38,663 nucleotides of DNA from Perkinsus olseni (taxonomy: Eukaryota): NCBI GenBank assembly GCA_013115125.1, contig JABANN010000329.1:1-38663 (forward strand), in the 5' to 3' direction. This document shows, in pieces, positions 32,649 to 38,663 of this stretch. The position numbers and the translations under genes are program-made. Each line of letters begins with the position of its first letter. The first letter of the stretch is position 1. Below the pieces are notes generated by a model. The model worked only from the letters and a program-made list of their open reading frames with translations, was not told the origin of the DNA and searched no databases.

Positions 32649-35600
32649 ATGACTGTAGACGATACAGACTTGCCGAGATTCACAGAGGTGCCGGAGGACC
32701 TCGAGGTTAGCCTAGCCTCACTAAGTCCACGACGGACCGCTACCAGGTGTCAGAGGACGCCCGCTCTGATCTGTCCACAGAGAAGTGGAATTCCGATGAT
32801 GAACCACCTATTGAGGAGGTCAACGACAGGATGGTTATCAGCCGTGATGGTAGGTCCTTCTAGGCCGTAGTGGGGACTGGAACGATGCGGCTGTCGAGGT
32901 TCACTGATCCGTACTGTAATGAAGGTGGGGAGGCGAGTGGACGGACTGGATCGCCCGGGAAGATACGATAAAGTTGATATCAAGTGAGTCTGTGCATCCG
33001 GTGTGCCCGGCAGTAGTCAGTGATGATGATGAGGGTGCTTGCGTAGTCTGTCGTGGTCGAGTTCAGATACTTAGAGGTGCCTTACGGTGAAGTAGAGCCT
33101 CCTGAATCTGCCTGGGCTGATCGAGCCACAAGCCTCGAGTTCGAAGTCGGGTCCTGCGATCCAGGTGTCCCCAGTGCTATCGACGTTGGAGTGAGGTGAT
33201 GCTCTCACTGGCCTTGAGGTACTCACCTATCTTGGTCAGGTACATGGGCGTTGGGTCTGAGTGTGGGGTAGAATCATCCCAGTCTGCGTGGAGGCTCCCT
33301 TATCGAGACCAGGCCGACTTATTGCAGGGGAAGAGTAGCCGCCCGTCGAAGAAGAGGTAAGGGAGGTCTCGGAGAGAACACTACGACGCAGTCTTCGCAC
33401 ACTGCACGATGGTCCCGTGCGCCTCGACTCGGCTGCTGCCATCGCACAGCCAGGAATTCTGACAGAGAATTCATCATGGTGTCATCATGCATCCGTCTTT
33501 AGAGTTTCATACCATAATTCTCTTCCATCATCGAGAAATGGGCTTTAGGAACCACCAGCACCTTCATGGAATACCCCTCACTTCGATTCGGCGGTCGAAC
33601 TTCCTCGCCATATAGGCTATATGATATAGCTCACTGGACATCAACAGGTTCCAGTTCATGGCAGCACCTCCGACAGCATCGCTGATGACGACCAGTGCCG
33701 GTGACCGCCGCCCTGTCGCTTACCTCATACAGCTGGTGTCCGTGAAGAGATGTTACGTCCTGCGAGATGACGGCCTCTTGCGAAGATGGGTGCTGCCTCC
33801 CCAACCCTCCCTCCTCGGACCAGCTACTTCAGATCCTGCGAAGTCGAGACCCCCGCATGGCCTGGAAGGCTTCCCCAAAGGTCGGCGATACTGTTGCGAT
33901 CGTCAAGGCAAGTACCCTCCTTCACGGATGCTCTGGTCATGGTTTCCGATCGTCCTTATACAGGACGGTGGTGAGGTAGAGCGGAGGGTGCTCCAAGGCA
34001 CGTACCTTGATAAAGCCATCGCGACTATGAGGGTAGAGGCCGGAGAATCTGCCGCCATCCAGCCAGCCGTCGTCAGGTTGGGGAGGTGGCGAGGATCGAA
34101 GTCTCCGTGCCGGGCTCGGAGGAGACGGTCGATGAGCTTGAGCTCAGGGATGTACTCCGGCCTGTCCCGGTCAGCAGCATCATCACAACTCTCAGGTCTT
34201 CCCGCACGGCTGGGTCTGCTCGCCGAGAGATGGTACCGTCCGTATGCTCGAAAAACAGGAGGTGCCCCAATCGATGGGACTCCCTCTGAGTGAGCTCTTC
34301 TCCGATGCACGGATGTCCGCCCTACTGCATTGATGCTGAGTAGGCCGGACGTTGGTCGTCGAGGAGGACTCTGTGGTCACCGTCGGCGTTACTGGGCCCT
34401 TTGGCCTGAGGACCGCCATGGTTTTGCAGTGGACGTAAGGGGGGACCCCTTCCTGTATTTTGTCTTACTCCTACTTCTTCCACGCCTCTTGCCTATTGTC
34501 CGGAGCCCCGCCTGAGCCTAGCCGAGACCCCCAGTATTGGCATCAGCATCATCGTTTGAGCCCCTCGGTCCTGCCCACTCAGATACGGTCGGTATATCGT
34601 ACATCCCATCTTTGATGCCATGGTCCGATCGATGAGGGTTGGTGAGAGAGCAATCTTCACGGTGAGTACATTCAGTTCCGGAGGCTGCGATCCCCAGAAG
34701 ATCATCTCGGAGAGTGAGTGCTTGTATAAGATAGCAGTTTATGCTCTGCCAGTTCATCTCACAGTCTTCGGAAATTGGTGCGCTCGAAAATGGAGGCAGC
34801 AATCACGTGTGCTACTCGCGAGGAGCTCATAGCGATGATCTAACTTGTGGCATTCTATATAGTTGAGTTCCTCTGACTCTAACACCGGGCGACATAAGGT
34901 ACCACTACTCTACCTACGTCTGTTATGTCTCAGCCTCTACCAGGAGCCGATATTGCGTACCTGTGCGACGAGAGACTCAGCGTGAGCTGTGACCTGGGTC
35001 TCCGAGCCCTCTCTTCGGGCAATACCTTGGAGGAGGCGATATCGAAGTGGGTCCTTGGGTGCCATCATAGACTACTAGATGCTTCCTGTCAGTAGTTACT
35101 CGTCCAGCAGAGCGCCCGACGTCACCTCTGTCCCTTCCCTCACTGTTTTCGACTCTTCTGTCTGCGAGATGGTCCTCGTCACTGTGAGCAGTGATGAGCA
35201 AGGTGACACTTCAGGTGAAGGTAGGTGGTGGATGATGATGGCCTCGGCTGAAGTCATCTCATCCTCATCAGCTGTATTGAGTCGATCGAGGTTGAGGAAG
35301 GACATTGGCAATCGCCTCCTCGCAGTTGATGCTCTCCAAGAGGCGCGGTCAGAGTAGGTGGTGGTGTGGTATGCTTCTCCCCCTCAACCATCCGATGTCC
35401 AAGGTACATGTCCGCCCTGGATGGACTGAAGGTGCTTCATAAGGCCCCTCATGAGAAGCCGTCGAAGGATCAGGAAGCTCTCGAGCTGGCTGTGGGATGG
35501 TTCATGCTGCAAAGCGTATCATGTTCAGTGTTCAGGCCAATTTGAACCTCTCACTTGTGTGTCTAAAGCAAGGCGATCATCCAGAGGCGCAGCGGTTCGC

Positions 35601-35908
35601 TACGCGGGCGAAGGAGCTCGACCCGGACAACATCAAGGCTAGGTCGGAGCTCCTCCTAGTGTCGTCTGTAAGTGCTCCCTCGTTAGGTATCGGCTAGCGC
35701 TGGCATTGATAGAGCAGCGTAAGGAAGAAGATCGGGCTGTCCATATCCTAGAAGTGAGGGATGTTAGACACTCACAGCACGGCACCTCATTGATCAGGGG
35801 ATTCTGGAGAGGTGCCCGGAGGCTCGAGGGCTGCTGTCTCGGGTTCGAGTCGAGCTGCGAGCAGATCGTAGAAGAGAGAAGAAGCTTTTTGAATCCATGT
35901 TTCGATGA
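32649..35908 (+). CDS. Multi-domain FKBP-like/TPR co-chaperone (divergent FKBP domains plus C-terminal TPR); multi-exon
   Basis: LIRTVMKVG..DRPGRYDKVDI, FEVGS..GVPSAIDVGV, LDKAIATM, FDAMVRSMRVGERAIFT; TPR helices RKDIGNRLL, NLNLSLVCLKQGDHPEA..ATRAKELDPDNIKARYRLALA; terminal RREKKLFESMFR*. Confidence 0.8.
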
Positions 35909-36188
35909 TACATCATCTGTGTTATCGTTGCGCTAGTAGGGTCAGTAGTCAGCAGCCTGAACAGTCCAATACCGTCACCCTCACCTGCCAGTAGTCTATG
36001 CCACCGGCCCCTACACGCAAGGGACGCAGCCATACAAATGTATCAGCCAGCCGGGCAGTTCTCTGGGCGCGCGCAGATTGCCGAAGCGCATAAGTTGTAG
36101 CGCTCGCCAAAAACTGGCAGGGGGTCATCGTCCACTTCAGGGCATTCTAGCGTAGAAGGTGTCCTGTTCAGTTGACTATTACTATGGC

Positions 36189-38378
36189 ATGCACCTCAAT
36201 CAGTATTTAATCGTCCTCTGCTTGCTGATAGTAATACCATAATTCGACCTCTTCTCCAGCGGTTGATAGCCCCTTTCAGTTGGAGTGTGATTCGCGTATT
36301 CACAGCGGGAGGAGAGCTCTCCATACCATACCTCTCCAAGCATCATCGACTCATGGTGACCACACACAGGCCCTTCCAACCACATTGACTCAATCGACCA
36401 TGTGCTTTTTTCGAGATCGCCGCGAAGGGTTTCCTGTTGTCTCATGCCATCATCAGTCTACAGTAGAGTCCACTGAGAATGATCTCATTTTCAACTTATG
36501 TATGGGAAGGAGAATTGTCCGATCAGGTAGTCGTCGAACAAGTGGACTGGCCTCCTTGCTCCAGTTGCACAGGCAAGGTCAACTAGAGTCGATAATGAGT
36601 GGGTTGCCAGCTAGGGAGCGTCCCTGCCCATTCTCTCGTTCTCAGCGGGAATACCCCTCTATAATCTGCATGACACTCAGTATGTCGGTCCACTAGGGGT
36701 CGGGACGTCTCCCAATGAAGACGGCCGTCCTCAGCAGACCGTTAACGTTGTCTTCGATACTGGTACGATTCCCCTACCATCCTGGCCCTCCTCTTTCCCA
36801 ATATCAGGGTCCACTAATATCTGGGTCCAGTCTGATCTGTGTGAGTCACCTGCCTGCGTGTCCTTGCACAAGTACCGCGAGGCTGAAAGTCGGACCTTCG
36901 TCGAGCCGCATCGAAGGTGATCATAACGTAATTACAACTGCTCTCCTGCCCTTTTCTGCAGAAATCGTTATTTGGATATCCTGTTTGGAACGGGAGAGTT
37001 GAGAGGTCTGATGGCGTCGGATACAATCTCGGTTGGCCCATATAAGGTGGTTGGAAGGGGGCGAAAATGCGCGCACTGAACGACGCTGAAATCGAGCGGC
37101 TCGATGTAGGTCAGCAACCAGAGTTTTGCCATGATACAAAAAGAAATCGGGAAGATCTTCCAGCAAATCCCTTTTGAGGGTATTCTAGGCTTGGCCTTTC
37201 CCAAGATGGCGGCGAGTAAGTCGAAAGCATTGAGGTCTTGCCAAGAAGCTTCTGTGAAGAACGTTGTGTCATTGCTGTCCCTATGGAGTCGCTACTCGTT
37301 CAACAGATGGACAGCTGCCCTTCTTCGACAACGTTATGCGCCAAGGCGCGCTAGGAGGCAGGAACGAGTTCAGCTTCTATTTCCAGCCGTCGCCTGGCAA
37401 GGGGTCCATGATTCTCTTTGGTGGAGTTGAGGCCCGGTGAGTTCGATTAAGATGGGCAGGATACTGGGCTAACCGTGAACCCGGCGGAGAGGGCGCTCCA
37501 AGAGGACAAGCTGTTCTCCGATACTCGGCATGCAGCTGGGTTGGTGTCGGTGTAACAGGAACAGTCCTCTCTCAGACTCTACGATGGACCCATTCGGATG
37601 TTCCCAGTAGTCCAGGAGTATTATTGGGCTATTCAGTTGGTGGACTTCAAGATAGGTGAGGTGCTCCTGGATGGTGAAAGTGATGCCCATTATATTTTTT
37701 TCAGGAGAAGAGTCCTTCGCCAGCATGCCCGTGGGGACCCGAAGGTGCTTTCATCATAGCCACCTTTCAGTTCATGCCAGGAGATTTGCTTCGGCCTTAC
37801 CCTGATCGTCTTGTATTAGGTTACGCCAGTGGGTCCCTCCCAGAGTGAGTAAACTCATATTCGACACCGGCACGACCTATTTTGCGGCGCCCTCGTTCTT
37901 ATTCACACGGTGGGGATTTCTAGCGCTGTGTGGCTGAGATGATCGCGTTTGTCTTGGCTAGAATCTCGAGAAGGCTTCCGCCCGCTCCGTGTGCAACCAT
38001 CGCCATGGAGTCTCGGAAGTATCCGGATATACATTACCTGTTGAAGGACGAGAACGCCGTCATATTCGACCTCGTGAGTCTCCATGGGGCTTGAAAAATT
38101 TTGACCTGTCCTTTCCCAGGCGGTGCCGGCGGAGGAGTACATGTTGGATGCTGGAGAGGGCCAGTGTGTTCTCGCGTTTATGCCGATGGACGTGCCGGGA
38201 AGGTAGATGGCCGTAAACTCGATGCCTCATGCGTATCATCGGCCCATGTAGATACGGACCAGCCTTGATTCTTGGCGAAGTCTTTATGAGGCGCTGGCTC
38301 ACAACGTATGATAGAGGAGATGGAAGCCCGGGAGGCGCTTATGTTGGTCTCGCAAGGGCAAAGCATATTCCGAGCTAG
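36189..38378 (+). CDS. Pepsin-family (A1) aspartic protease, plasmepsin IX/X / Toxoplasma ASP3-like; multi-exon, probable signal peptide
   Basis: IPLYNLHDTQYVGPLGVGT, VVFDTG|STNIWV, LDILFGTGEL, NQSFAMI..E..IF..IPFEGILGLAFP, NEFSFY, EYYWAIQL, LIFDTGTTY, CVLAFMPMDVP, LILGEVFMR; both catalytic DTG motifs are intact. Confidence 0.9.
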
Positions 38379-38591
38379 TCGTCATGGACCATATGTATTG
38401 CGGCTACTCAGGCAATCCTGAGAATCCCCGATTTGTTGCTGACTCACCGGTGTTGTTTTGCAGTCAGTTTCGAGTTTTCCTCTGGGTATACTGTGGCTTG
38501 TTCCACTGGTCTATTAACGGAACACTACTCGCATAACTTCTCGGCCGACTCTTCTCACAGCTGGTGAGTTACGGGATTGGACCAATGCGGA

Positions 38592-38663
38592 AGGTTCTAC
38601 CGGGATTTGAACCCAGATCGCCAGATTCAGAGTCTGGAGTGCTAACCGTTACACCATAGAACC
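38592..38663 (-). tRNA. trnQ-CTG: tRNA-Gln (anticodon CTG)
   Basis: The reverse complement GGTTCTATGGTGTAACGGTTAGCACTCCAGACTCTGAATCTGGCGATCTGGGTTCAAATCCCGGTAGAACCT folds as a cloverleaf, with anticodon arm CCAGA-CTCTGAA-TCTGG. Confidence 0.97.

Noticed and set aside
38562-38583. Second tRNA 3' half or primer-binding site (reverse complement GGTCCAATCCCGTAACTCACCA)
   Set aside because: No matching 5' half, and the T-loop is non-canonical; the flanking CAG-CTG-GTGAG looks as much like splice signals.
1-38663. Prokaryotic systems (CRISPR arrays, operons, defence islands)
   Set aside because: The sequence is spliceosomal-intron-rich eukaryotic DNA; no repeat-spacer array was seen.
1-38663. Spliced-leader RNA gene or relict leader (ACCGTAGCCATYTTGGCTCAAG-like)
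   Set aside because: No match found by eye on either strand, including upstream of the intronless GYF gene; a degenerate copy could have been missed.

Overview
Eukaryotic, gene-dense, intron-rich DNA, not prokaryotic. Short GT-AG and some GC-AG introns, a flagellar central-pair gene and an apicomplexan-type plasmepsin IX/X-like protease point to an alveolate protist, probably Perkinsus-like (inference). The window runs from an (AAAG)n tract to a tRNA-Gln gene, so it may be a whole contig broken at repeats. The left ~6.5 kb is accessory: a truncated LTR-retrotransposon remnant (LTR end, tRNA-iMet primer site, gag fragment), then three tandem 4-exon paralogues encoding signal-peptide-bearing, compact GNAT-fold proteins, the third frameshifted. 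This array is the best candidate for an undescribed system. A minus-strand block follows: large RRM protein, TraB-family protein, type-2 malate dehydrogenase with an NADP-like cofactor loop, alpha/beta hydrolase, a hypothetical, and an intronless MGxxxS+PAM2+GYF protein. A plus-strand block closes the window: hypothetical, PF20/SPAG16, FKBP-TPR, aspartic protease. Gene models were assembled by eye; boundaries of the hypothetical genes are approximate, and no database searches were run.
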